From positions 1-19,450 of the forward strand of contig JANOQV010000085.1 in NCBI GenBank assembly GCA_031414955.1: a stretch of 19,450 nt of DNA, in the 5' to 3' direction. The stretch comes from Pedosphaera sp. (GTDB lineage Bacteria; Verrucomicrobiota; Verrucomicrobiia; Limisphaerales; SIBH01). The position numbers were made by a program, and so were the translations under genes. The notes beneath the pieces were generated by a model. It did no database searches. It saw only the letters and a program-made list of their open reading frames with translations, and was not told where the DNA came from. Shown here piece after piece: positions 1-10,100 of the stretch. Position 1 is the first letter of the stretch. Every line of letters starts with the position of its first letter.

Positions 1-211
1 TGCCGCTTCAAGCGGGCCGGACAATTTTGGACGCGGCCCGGCTTGCGCGCTCTGCTCGCCCTCGACGAAGCCCGCCGCAACCACCATTGGGATCAACTCT
101 GGCAACCCGCCTAATTAAGAACGGTGTACGGATGCACCCCCACCGCACCTTCGGCCCAGTCACTCCTTGCTTTCCCGTTCCATTGCGGCAGCCTCGGCCT
201 CCGAGCAACCC

Positions 212-1762
212 ATGAGCACTACCACCGCCGGCCCCGGAGCCAGGGCGCCGATCCCGCGCCAGATTTCCTACATCATTGGCAACGAGGGCTGCGAACGGTT
301 CAGCTTCTATGGCATGAGGAACATCCTGACCATGTTTCTGGTCACGTCGTTGCTCCAGTATCTGCCGGAAGCAGATCGCGCGGGTGCGGCCAAGGACGTG
401 TTTCACACCTTCGTCATCGGCGTGTACTTTTTCCCGCTGCTCGGCGGCTGGCTCGCGGACCGCTTCCTCGGCAAATACCACACCATCTTCTGGCTCAGTC
501 TGGTTTATTGCGCCGGCCACTTGTGCCTCGCGCTCTTTGAGTCGAATCGGACGGGCTTCTACACCGGCCTCTGCCTGATCGCGCTCGGCTCGGGCGGCAT
601 CAAACCCTGCGTGGCCGCCTTCGTGGGCGATCAGTTCGACCAGACCAACAAGCACCGGGCCAAGGTGGTCTTCGACGCCTTCTACTGGATCATCAACTTC
701 GGTTCGTTCTTCGCCTCGCTGCTCATGCCAGTTTTTTTAAGGAAGTACGGTGGCGCGGTCGCGTTCGGCATTCCGGGCGCGCTCATGTTCATCGCCACGC
801 TGGTGCTCTGGCTCGGGCGCAAGCGTTACGTGCTGCTGTCGCCCGCGCCATCCGACCCGCATTCGTTCCTGCGCGTCGCGCGAACGGCGCTGGCTTCAGG
901 CCGGCCTGGACTAGTCCTCGCGGCCGTGGGAGTCGTGATCGCCGTCGTGGCCTTCCTTCTCGTGCCCTCGTTCGGTTTCGTCGTCTCCTTTTGCAGCGCC
1001 CTGGTCGCGCTGATTGCCTTCGGCGGCGCTGGAGTGTGGCTGCAACTTGAAGGCGCGCGCGGCCATCATCCCGACGAAGCGGTGGCCGGCGCGCGCACGG
1101 TGCTGCGGGTGCTCGTGCTCTTTGCCCTCGTGACGCCGTTCTGGTCGCTCTTCGATCAAAAGGCTTCGACCTGGGTCTTGCAGGCCAATGCCATGACCAA
1201 GCCGGATTGGTTTCAGTCCTCCCAGATGCAGGCGCTCAATCCGCTGCTCGTCATGCTCCTGATCCCGTTCAACAACCTGGTGCTCTACCCGGCGCTCCAG
1301 CGTCTCGGCTTCGAGCTGACGGCCTTGCGGCGCATGACCGCCGGCATCGCCTTCTCCGGTCTCGCGTGGATCGTCGTCGGCGGAATGCAGGTGGTGCTCG
1401 ACGGCGGTCACGCGTTCTCGATCACCTGGCAGGTGCTGCCCTATGCCCTGCTCACGCTGGGCGAAGTGTTGGTGTCGGCCACTGGACTTGAATTCGCCTA
1501 CAGCCAGGCACCGCCGGCCATGAAGGGCGCATTGATGAGCTTCTGGAATCTTTCCGTGACGGTCGGCAACCTGTGGGTGCTGGTGGTGAATGCGGCGGTG
1601 AAGAACGCCACGGTCACGGACTTCATCGCCTCGACTGGCTTCGGCGTCACGGCCTTCCAGATGTTTTTCTTCGCCGGATTCGCCTTTGTCGCCGCTCTCG
1701 CCTTTGGCCTCGTCGCCCGGAGCTACCGCGTCGTGGACCACTACCGCAAAGTGTCCGGGTAA
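212..1762 (+). CDS. POT/PTR family proton-dependent oligopeptide transporter (MFS)
   Basis: ExxERFxFYG motif (NEGCERFSFYG), PTR2 signature (GGWLADRFLGKYHTI), GSGGIKP, FYWIINFGS, and LEFAYSQAP near the C-terminus; many hydrophobic TM segments. The ATG at 212 is preferred over the TTG at 167. Confidence 0.95.
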   Translation: MSTTTAGPGARAPIPRQISYIIGNEGCERFSFYGMRNILTMFLVTSLLQYLPEADRAGAAKDVFHTFVIGVYFFPLLGGWLADRFLGKYHTIFWLSLVYCAGHLCLALFESNRTGFYTGLCLIALGSGGIKPCVAAFVGDQFDQTNKHRAKVVFDAFYWIINFGSFFASLLMPVFLRKYGGAVAFGIPGALMFIATLVLWLGRKRYVLLSPAPSDPHSFLRVARTALASGRPGLVLAAVGVVIAVVAFLLVPSFGFVVSFCSALVALIAFGGAGVWLQLEGARGHHPDEAVAGARTVLRVLVLFALVTPFWSLFDQKASTWVLQANAMTKPDWFQSSQMQALNPLLVMLLIPFNNLVLYPALQRLGFELTALRRMTAGIAFSGLAWIVVGGMQVVLDGGHAFSITWQVLPYALLTLGEVLVSATGLEFAYSQAPPAMKGALMSFWNLSVTVGNLWVLVVNAAVKNATVTDFIASTGFGVTAFQMFFFAGFAFVAALAFGLVARSYRVVDHYRKVSG

Positions 1763-1792
1763 TCGGCGGTTGGTGCGCGTCTCAGGCTGCGG

Positions 1793-2773
1793 CTACCGGC
1801 GAACCGCCCAGATGTTCCGGTAATAGATCGGGTTGCCGTGATCCTGCAATTGGATCGGGCCGCCGACGGGCGTCACGGTGTTGAGGCCGCTGGCGGTGGT
1901 GGTGCCATTGACTTCCGCCTGGTCGTGAATGAGCACGCCGTTGTGCTTCACGGTCAGCACGGCGTTTTTGATCTTCTTGCCGGCGTCGTCAAACTGGGCG
2001 GCTGCAAATTCCACGTCGTAAGTCTGCCAGACCAGCGGCGGAAAACACATGTTCACCGCCGGCTTGTGCTTCGTGTAAATGCCGCCGCACTCGTTGTTCT
2101 CACCCTTGAGCCCAAAGCTGTCGAGCACCTGCACCTCGTAGCGATCCTGGAAGTAAACGCCGCTGTTGCCGCGATCCTGGCCGCGACCGTAGGGCTTGAA
2201 CGGCAGGAGGAATTCAATGTGCAGCGTGAAGTTGGTGAAGATGGCCTTGGACTTGGTGCCGGATTGCAGAAACCGGCGCTCGTCGATCCGGCCATTGCGC
2301 CAGGCGTCGGCGTTCGCGCCGTCGAACAAGATGTCCGCGCCCGCCGGCGGCTTCGCCCCGAGCGTCGGGCTCGCGCGGCTGACTTTTTTCAATTCAGAAG
2401 CGTCGCCGGTGCCGGTCTTGGTGGTGAGCGCTCCCCGCGCGAGGGAAGCCGTCCAGCCTTGGGCGGCGTTGGTGAACAGAATGGCCGCGCCCTCGCGCCG
2501 TCCGCTGAGTTCAGTCCTGGCCGATTTGTCCCAGCCCGCCCCGGGCAATCCGCCTGAGTGGATGACGGCTCGAAACTGGTCGTCGCCCAGCGCGATGACT
2601 TGCGCGCCGGTCGAGGCGTTGGCGTATTCGCCCTGGTCCGCGTAATCCTGCCCGGCGCTTTCCACGGTGAGGAAGGCCGGGGGCTTGGGTTTGGCGGCGG
2701 GCCTGGCTTCATCCGCCGCGCTGGCGATCCCAGCGAGGGCGATACAAAGCAAGGAGAGGAGTTTGGTTTTCAT
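1793..2773 (-). CDS. Secreted DUF1080 (3-keto-disaccharide hydrolase-like) protein
   Basis: Signal peptide MKTKLLSLLCIALAGIASA from the ATG at 2773. DUF1080 motifs: LFDG, F(T)LHIEF, GNSGVY..YEVQVLDS, CGGIY, WQTYDV, NGVLIH, GPIQLQDHGNPIYYRNIW. Confidence 0.9.
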   Translation of the reverse strand: MKTKLLSLLCIALAGIASAADEARPAAKPKPPAFLTVESAGQDYADQGEYANASTGAQVIALGDDQFRAVIHSGGLPGAGWDKSARTELSGRREGAAILFTNAAQGWTASLARGALTTKTGTGDASELKKVSRASPTLGAKPPAGADILFDGANADAWRNGRIDERRFLQSGTKSKAIFTNFTLHIEFLLPFKPYGRGQDRGNSGVYFQDRYEVQVLDSFGLKGENNECGGIYTKHKPAVNMCFPPLVWQTYDVEFAAAQFDDAGKKIKNAVLTVKHNGVLIHDQAEVNGTTTASGLNTVTPVGGPIQLQDHGNPIYYRNIWAVRR

Positions 2774-2833
2774 TTTTCTGCCAGTAAATCTTTCTGCCAC
2801 GAGTTCCGGCTCATGGCGGTGACAACTGCGCGC

Positions 2834-3706
2834 CTATTTCGGGGCCGGCACTTCCTTCGCCGCAGCCGCCTTGGCCGCCGCTGCTTTAGCCGCCGCCGCT
2901 TCCCTGGCTGCCTTGACTGTTTCCTCAAGCTTGGCCCAGGCGCCTTGCGCGGTCTTCAATTGCGCCGCGTCCATTCCCAACGCCTGGAGCACGCCGGTCG
3001 CCATCACCTTGTCGCCCTCCCGGGCCATGTGGACGCCGTCGCTGGTCAGCACCTTCTGACCCGGCTTGTTCTCGGCCTTGATCCGCTCCTGACACATCGC
3101 GTTCAAATCCGCCAGGCGCAGTTTCTTCTCCTTGGCCAGCGTGCGCACATAATCGTTGTAGGGGGCCAGCTTCGCATTCTCCGCGTTGTCCAGCTTCTCG
3201 TGAATCACGGTGGCGGTCAGCAACACGACTTTGATTCCCGCCGCCTCCGCTTTCTCCACGATTGAGGCGATGTTCTTCTTGTAAGTCCCCCGCGCGGCCC
3301 CGCCGGTGCCGTAATCGCCGGCCGCCAGCATGGCGTCATCGAGGGCCACGCCGTTCTTCCCGTGCCACACGTCGTTCACGCCGCAGCTCAACGTCATCCA
3401 TTGCGGCTTCTTGGAAATCACATCGCGTTCCAGTCGCGCCAGCATGTTGTCAGACTTGTGGCCGCTGATCCCGGCGGGCACGGCCTCGGCCTTGACTCCG
3501 TTTGCCTCCAACCCGGCCATGACCAGTCGCACATAGCCCAGGGGATTGCCCCAGCCGCCCTGGGTGATCGAGTCGCCGAGGAAGGCGATCTTCTCCCCGG
3601 TTTTGACCGCGATTTCCGCGGAGGCGGCCTGGACAAACGCGAGCGCGATAACAGCCGTTGCGGCGAAATGCCGCGCGGCTCCTGGATGGAGAGAGAATCT
3701 GGTCAT
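2834..3706 (-). CDS. SGNH/GDSL hydrolase (esterase/acetylesterase-like), secreted, with Ala/Lys-rich C-terminal tail
   Basis: Block I FLGDSIT, block II AGISG, block III GVND, block V SDGVH; signal-peptide-like N-terminus ending ...AFVQAASA. Confidence 0.92.
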   Translation of the reverse strand: MTRFSLHPGAARHFAATAVIALAFVQAASAEIAVKTGEKIAFLGDSITQGGWGNPLGYVRLVMAGLEANGVKAEAVPAGISGHKSDNMLARLERDVISKKPQWMTLSCGVNDVWHGKNGVALDDAMLAAGDYGTGGAARGTYKKNIASIVEKAEAAGIKVVLLTATVIHEKLDNAENAKLAPYNDYVRTLAKEKKLRLADLNAMCQERIKAENKPGQKVLTSDGVHMAREGDKVMATGVLQALGMDAAQLKTAQGAWAKLEETVKAAREAAAAKAAAAKAAAAKEVPAPK

Positions 3707-3843
3707 GCTGTTTTTGAATTGAGGGGCATTGGATTATTGACGCGCCACAATTCCGGGAGGAAAGGCTTGGGCGTCGGGTTCATTTCGCCGCCAGCATCGG
3801 CTTGGAGCGGCGGTCGTCAAGCACCTGTTTCGTGCGAGTGGGA

Positions 3844-4000
3844 TTGATCGTGGCGGGTCCGGAGTGCGCCCCCCCTCGGGCGCAGCAAGGTGGAGCGTGG
3901 CGAGGTGCTGGGTTTTCCTCAAGGCATCGTGCGAGCGGACGTGGCTGCACCCGGGACGGGCGCACTCCGGGCCCGACGGCTTCCGGCCCGCCACTTTCAA
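3844..4000. repeat. GGAG-type REP doublet / large imperfect inverted repeat (REPIN-like)
   Basis: CCGGAGTGCGCCCCCCCTCGGGCGCAGC (3859-3886) matches the reverse complement of 3944-3970 (CCGGAGTGCGCCCGTCCCGGGTGCAGC). Each arm is GGAG plus a TGCGCCC..GGG(C/T)GCA hairpin. Outer arms TTGAtcGTGGCGGG (3844-3857) and CCCGCCACttTCAA (3987-4000) also pair. Confidence 0.8.
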
Positions 4001-4119
4001 CCGCACCCTTTCGTGCCCAAGCGCATCAGGATTTTGATTCCACACCTTGAAATCTCGCGGTCGCTCCACCGGCCGACTTGCGTCGCGGCCCTCGTCTGCT
4101 GATCACAACCCAGGCGTCA

Positions 4120-7100
4120 TCACGGAATCATCGGCGTGAGCACGCGGTAGTAGCGTTCAGGATTCAGCGCGGGCGAGACGGCGGATTCCACTGTGACCGT
4201 CCGCACCGTGATGGAGGGGAAGATGTTGGTCACGCCGGTCCAGGGCGCGCCGCTCAGGTTGGTGCGGCAGACGATGGTGTAGGTGCGGTTCGTCTGCGCC
4301 ACGAATTGGAGCGTGTGGGCGTTGGTCGCCGATGGCACGAGCCGGAGCACGCTGAGGGCGTTGGTCGGATTGGTTCCAGCCACGTACTCGTCGCGGTTGA
4401 TCAGGCCGTCGCCATCGAAGTCGATCAGGCCGTCGGCGTTGTTGTTGGTGCTGAACCCGAAGTAGTTCGTCTCCCAGATGTCCGCGATGCCGTCGCCGTC
4501 GAAGTCGCGCAACACGGTCAGCGCGACGGTGGAACTGTTCACATTGCCGGCGGCGTTCACCGGGTTGGCGCGCACGCTGAAGTTCACCTGGGCGTTCGGG
4601 AAAAGGAGGATGCCGCTGGTGTTGGTGACGTAGCCGACGCCGTTGGTCAGCCAGCGATAAAGAATGGGCGGCGCACCCGTGGCCACGCAGATGAACATGG
4701 CGCTGCCGCCCTGAATGACCTGCTGCGGCATGGGCTGAAGCGTGATGCCGGGGCGGACGCGGACGAAGACCTGGGCGTTGGTACTGGTGGCGATGCTGAT
4801 GTCATCGACGGCAACCACCGAGAAATTCCCGTGGCCAAAGGCCAGCGAGACGTTGCTGAAACTGTGGCTGGCGTTGGTGGCGTTGAGCAGGTTTGTGCCC
4901 TCGAAGCGCCACTGGTAGCGCACGGTGCCGTTGCCCACGGCGAGCGAAACCAGCGTCACGTTCGTGCCCGGCTCGACGGTGATCTGATTGGTCGGCGAAA
5001 TGGTGAAGGCCACGGGCAACAGCACGATCAGCGTGGCGTTGCTGCTCGTGGTCGTGCCGGCCCCGTTGAACACGAACACGCTGTAGGCGCCGCCCTGCGA
5101 TGGCTGCACGTTCGCCAGGGTCAGGGCGGCGTTGGTGGCGTCGGGCAGATTCGCGCCGTTGAATTTCCACTGGTAGCTGAAGGGCGCGGTGCCGCTCACG
5201 CCCACGGTGAAGGTGGTGTTCGATCCTTGCACCACGCTCCGGCTCGAAGGCTGGGTGCTGACGATCGGCTCGTCGCCGCCCGCGAAGTCCGAGCCGGGCG
5301 TGGGCGCGGCGGCGGTCCAGTTCACCGGGTCGTTGCCATAGAGCAGCGGGCTGCGCTTCTGGAGCGAGGGACCGCTGCCATCGGCGGCCGGCGGCCACGG
5401 GGCTTTGTCGTTGTAACGCACCTCATCGACGGTGATGTAGGCCAGGCCGTTGGTGCCCGGCATCTCCGGGCGTTGCAACTCCAGCCGTTCACCGCTGTCC
5501 TGCAACTGTCCGGCGTAGGGCGCGAGAATCTGCACGCCCGGCGGGACGAAATAAAAGTTGGTGAACGCGGTCACGTTCGTCCGCGCGATGAGCAGAAAGC
5601 CCAACGGCGGTAAAGTGAGGTTGGTCGGGAAGTTGTAGCCGAGACCGTTCAACCGCCACGCATTCGTGGGGTTGGCCGGATCGTAGAGCGCGACGGGATT
5701 GGTCGTGACGTTGCGCAACTCGATGAACTCGTAGAGCGGGCCGGCCGGATTGTACATCACCTCGTTGAGGATCACGGGACCGATGCGCGGGCCGGCGTTG
5801 GCGTTGCCAGGCGTCTGCTCCACCTGGGCCGGGAACTGTTCCTCGCCGGTGCTGATGACGTGGCGGCCGAACGACTCGCCATCCGCCGCCGCGTTGAAGC
5901 TGAAGCCGTGGCTGTAGCCGGTCAGGTTGGTGTTCACGTCGCCGGAGAAGAGATACACGTCATCGCCGCCCGCGTTGAGCGAGAAGCTTTCGTTCGTTCC
6001 GGGCGTGGGGTTGAACTGCGACTCATCGAAATAGGTGAAACCCAAAGGCGCGAGGAACGTGCCGTCCGGGATGCGGAACTTCTTCGGCACACCGGGATTG
6101 TCCGTGAGGAACCAGCCGCCCACATCGACGATGTTGGTCGTCGTGTTGAACAGTTCGATGAAGTCGTTCGTGGTTTCGGAATGCGTGAGCACTTCGTTGA
6201 TGACCACGAGCGGAATGATCAGTGCCGGATCATCCGCTCCCGGCGACCCGCCCAGCAACGAACTCGCGCGCCAGTTGGCGGCGTTGTCGTAGTCAGGATT
6301 GGCGTTCGGATCTTTGGGCACGAGTGAGAAGTCGAGTCCGTCCGGCGTGATGGGCCACGGCGTGAGGTCGCCGTAGTTCACGGAAAGAATCTTCGTCCCG
6401 AGCGCGTGCGAGAGGGTTACGTTTTCGCCGGCGTTGTTGAGGGCACCGCCATAGGTGCCGTGGATGGTCACGCTGGGATACTTCACGGCGAACTGCGCTG
6501 CGTTGCGCGCCAGCACGATGAACTGGCCCGCCCCCAGCGCCGTGCCGCCGGGGAAAGTGTAGGTGATGCCAGTGGTGAACTTGATCCCGTCCAGGCTGAG
6601 CGTGTTCGTCCCGGCGTTTTTCAACTCGATGAACTCAAAATCATCGCCGTCGGACAGGCCGACATCGGGCGGATGATACATCACTTCGGTGAGCACCAGC
6701 TTGCTCAAGTCCTGCGGCGGATAAAAAGTGAACTCGAGGATGGCGCTCCAAAGGCCGCCGCTCAGCACGCGGGCGCGAACCAAGGTCGGGCTGTTGATGA
6801 CAATCGGACCGCCATAGGCCAGGGCCGAGCCGGCCACCGCGCCGCCAATCGCGCGCGGGTCGCTGCCGTCCAGCGTGTAATAGATGACGCCCGAAACATT
6901 GGTTGAGGAGATGACGAGGCTGTAACCCGCCGAGACCGCGCCGCCGTTCTGGCTGAAGTTGGGCGCGCTGTTCGAGGGGAACAACTGATCGACGCGCAAC
7001 TGCTGGAGCACGATGCCGGCGCGCGGCGGAAACCAGGTGGTCAGGATGGTGTTCAGCGTGTTCGTCCAGTCCGCCTCGCCGTAGGGCGCGCGCGGAATCG

Positions 7101-10100
7101 TGTCCGTGATTGGATCACCCCAGCGCGCCGAGTAGGCGCGGATGGCCTTGGTGATCTGCTGGGCCTTGGCGATGAAACGGTTGGTGCCGGCCTGTAGGGT
7201 CAGCGCGCCGCCGTTGAAGAAATGCCGCTGCACATGATCGGCAAACCGCTGCCGGTACTCGGGACTCCACATCAGATCCTCGTGCAGATACTGCGGGTTG
7301 GCGTAGAGGAAGTTGCCGATGTTCGATCCCGCCGCGTCGCGGAACGGGCCGGTGCGATCGACCTGGCTGTTGGGCGAACCGAGGGTGTGCTCGCAGTCGT
7401 TGTTGAAGAAACGGAAGCCGACGTTTGAATTCGTGCGATCCCTCATGCCGTACCAGTTGTTGGGCCGGTTGTTGGCGAGAAAGGCCGAGAGCGTGGCGTC
7501 GCCATCGCCGGTGTAAAAGATGGACAGCATGTAGTCGATGAGGTTGTCCACCTCGACCATGACCGGCAGGTTGGTGTTGCGCGTGCCGTCCGGATCGCGG
7601 CCGAGGATGCGGAAGTAGTTCGATTGCGTCGGCGCAGCGGCGTGCGTCCGGCACATGGTCCAGAGATTGGAGAAGGCGATGAGGTTGCCAGCTGTGGCCT
7701 CGGTGGAGAAGGCCGCCGGGGGGCTGGTGTAACGGTCGTGGTTCTTGACCACGTCGTAATTGTCCTTCTGGCCGCCGAAATAAGTTTCGCCGTACGAGGC
7801 CGCGGGGTGTTCATCCGTCTCATAGAGGCCCCAATACTGGCCGTTCAGGTAAAGGTGGTAGTAGCGCGAGCGGCGATAGGGTTGCCCCATGTCGCCCAGC
7901 GTTTTGCGGGCGAAGACCTCGCGCACCATCGTGTCCTGCGTGCTGTTGTCGTTGCGCGGCCAGGAATAGTTCTGGCTGGTGCGCAGCGCGAAGACATCGA
8001 ATTCATCCGCGCCTTCGTCCTCGAAGAGCGGGTACTTCAGCTTGCCCGCGCCGTATTCCTTGCGGAAATAGACGCGGAACGAGTGTTTGTAGAAGCCGCT
8101 GCTCCGGCTGGCCCCACCGCGAATGCGCAGGCCGGCATTCTCCTGGAAGCGGCCCTGCACGGCATTGGTTGGGCTGATGAGTTCCAGCGAGATGGGACGT
8201 TCCCAGATGTCGCCCTGGCCGACGGCGTTGGCGTAAATGCCGGTGGCGGCGTCGAAGAGATTCGTCATCTCGGTGACGATGGACATGGTGCCGATTTGGT
8301 AGAACGCCTCGTACCACTGGGCGAGCGTGTAGTTGGTCACGACCTGCGGGTCCATGCCGTAGTCCACCGCGTTCGCGCCCCACGTTGCCGGGAAGTATTG
8401 CGGCGGGCCGCCCGCCGGCCAGGTCTTGGCCTGCTGAATGATGTCGGCCACGAAGAGGTAGCTCGCGCTGTCCACGTCGCTCGGCTTCCAGTTCGTCTTG
8501 AAGGCGCGGGTGCGGACCACGGTGGTGTTCGTGATGGTGAAGGCGTTGGTGTAAAGGAAGCCCTTGCCCGGCCCCGGCTCATCGCCGTTGAACGACACAT
8601 AGACCAGCGCGTCCGGCGTGCCGGAGGTGATGGAGAGCGAGAAGGCGTTGGTGAAGTAGCCGCGGTCGATGCTGAAGTGCGTGTCCTTCACGTAGTCGAG
8701 ATACCAGATCACGTCGTTGAAGGCGCCCATCGTGACCTGATCGAGAAAGACGTTGGTGACTTGCTGCACGCGCGTGGCGATGAGCTGCGGCTGGAAGAGC
8801 GCATCACCATTGGCCACGCTGTGGTTGAGTACATGCACCGCGAGCAGGTTGGTGCCGTTGAGCAGCAACGGAATGCTGGCGGAAAGGTCGATGCTCTCCT
8901 GCACCGTGGCATTGGTCAGCGCGCGATCCGCGGTGGCGGTCGAGTCAAACGCGAGGCCGACCGGCGCGTTGCGACGCGCGATCTCGGTGCCGTTGAGGTA
9001 AGCTACGAAGCCGTCGTCATAACGCACGTTCAACGTGAGCGTGTCCGGCGTGTTCGTGCTCACGAACGGCATCCGCACGAAGGCCGAGGGATTCTTCTGG
9101 TACATCAGGTTCTTGATGTCGGTGGTGAAGTAGGGCTGCAACCCGCTGCCGAGGCTGGCGGTGATGACAACTTCACCCATCGAGAGCACGTTCTGATCGT
9201 CCTGGGCGGTGCCGGTGCCGATGCCGGAATTATCCGGATCGGGTGTGCGATGCACGATGATGGTGCGGCCCTGGACCGGGCCGCCCGTCAGCGTGACGAG
9301 GTTGTTGGTCAGATAGGCCGGGCCGTTCAGCGTGTTTTCCGGATTGAGCAACGGCGAAATCCAGTTTGTGACCGAGCCGGCGAGATTCGTGGTGATGATC
9401 GAGATCGTGATGTCGCGCAAGCGCCACTGGCAGCAGCCGCCACCACGATTGAAGAGCACGACTTCGTAGATCGCCATCTCGTTGGTCAGCGTGATCTGCC
9501 AGAACGCGTTGTTATCCGTGCTGGCCGTGTGGGTGAAATCCAAGAAGTTGTTGTTGATGGCAAGTGTGGCTGGGTAAGTCGTGCCGTTGTAAGTGGTGCT
9601 TTGAATGGCCGTGCCGCTGGGCGCGACGTTTACCGGCACGCCACCGGTTTGATTCGTGTCGTACCCCACCGACGGCGGCGCCACACCGTTCGTCCACGCG
9701 CTGTCCGGCGTGTAGCTCAACTGGTTCCAGTCCGCCGGCAGCCCGGGCGCATTGGTCGGCACGAGCACCTGCGGAACCGTCGCGGCCAGCGGCTGGGTCA
9801 CGATCAGTTTCTGCGCGATGCCGAACGCCACGTCCTCCTTCACGGCCGGATAATTCGCGAACGCATTCACGATGTTGCTGCCATCGGGCTTGACCAGCGC
9901 GAGGTAGCCGCCGTCCTTGTTCAACTGAAAATTCGTGTGCAGGCGGTTGGTGTCGGCGGTGCGGTTCTTGGCCGAGGCATAGACCACGAGGAAGCCATTC
10001 CCCGGCAGCGTCACTGGCGGAAAGGCCCACTTGGTCAACTGGAGCGGGTTGTCGGTGAGATAGTAGCCGGCGAGGTTGAACGGCGTGGCGTTGGGATTCT

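Noticed and set aside
9..45. Imperfect hairpin CAAG-CGGGCCG...CGGCCCG-G-CTTG
   Set aside because: No U-tract, and the upstream context is outside the window, so it cannot be called a terminator or REP.
3734..4102. Short ORFs in the SGNH-CotH intergenic region
   Set aside because: They run through the REP-like inverted repeat and have no protein-like features.
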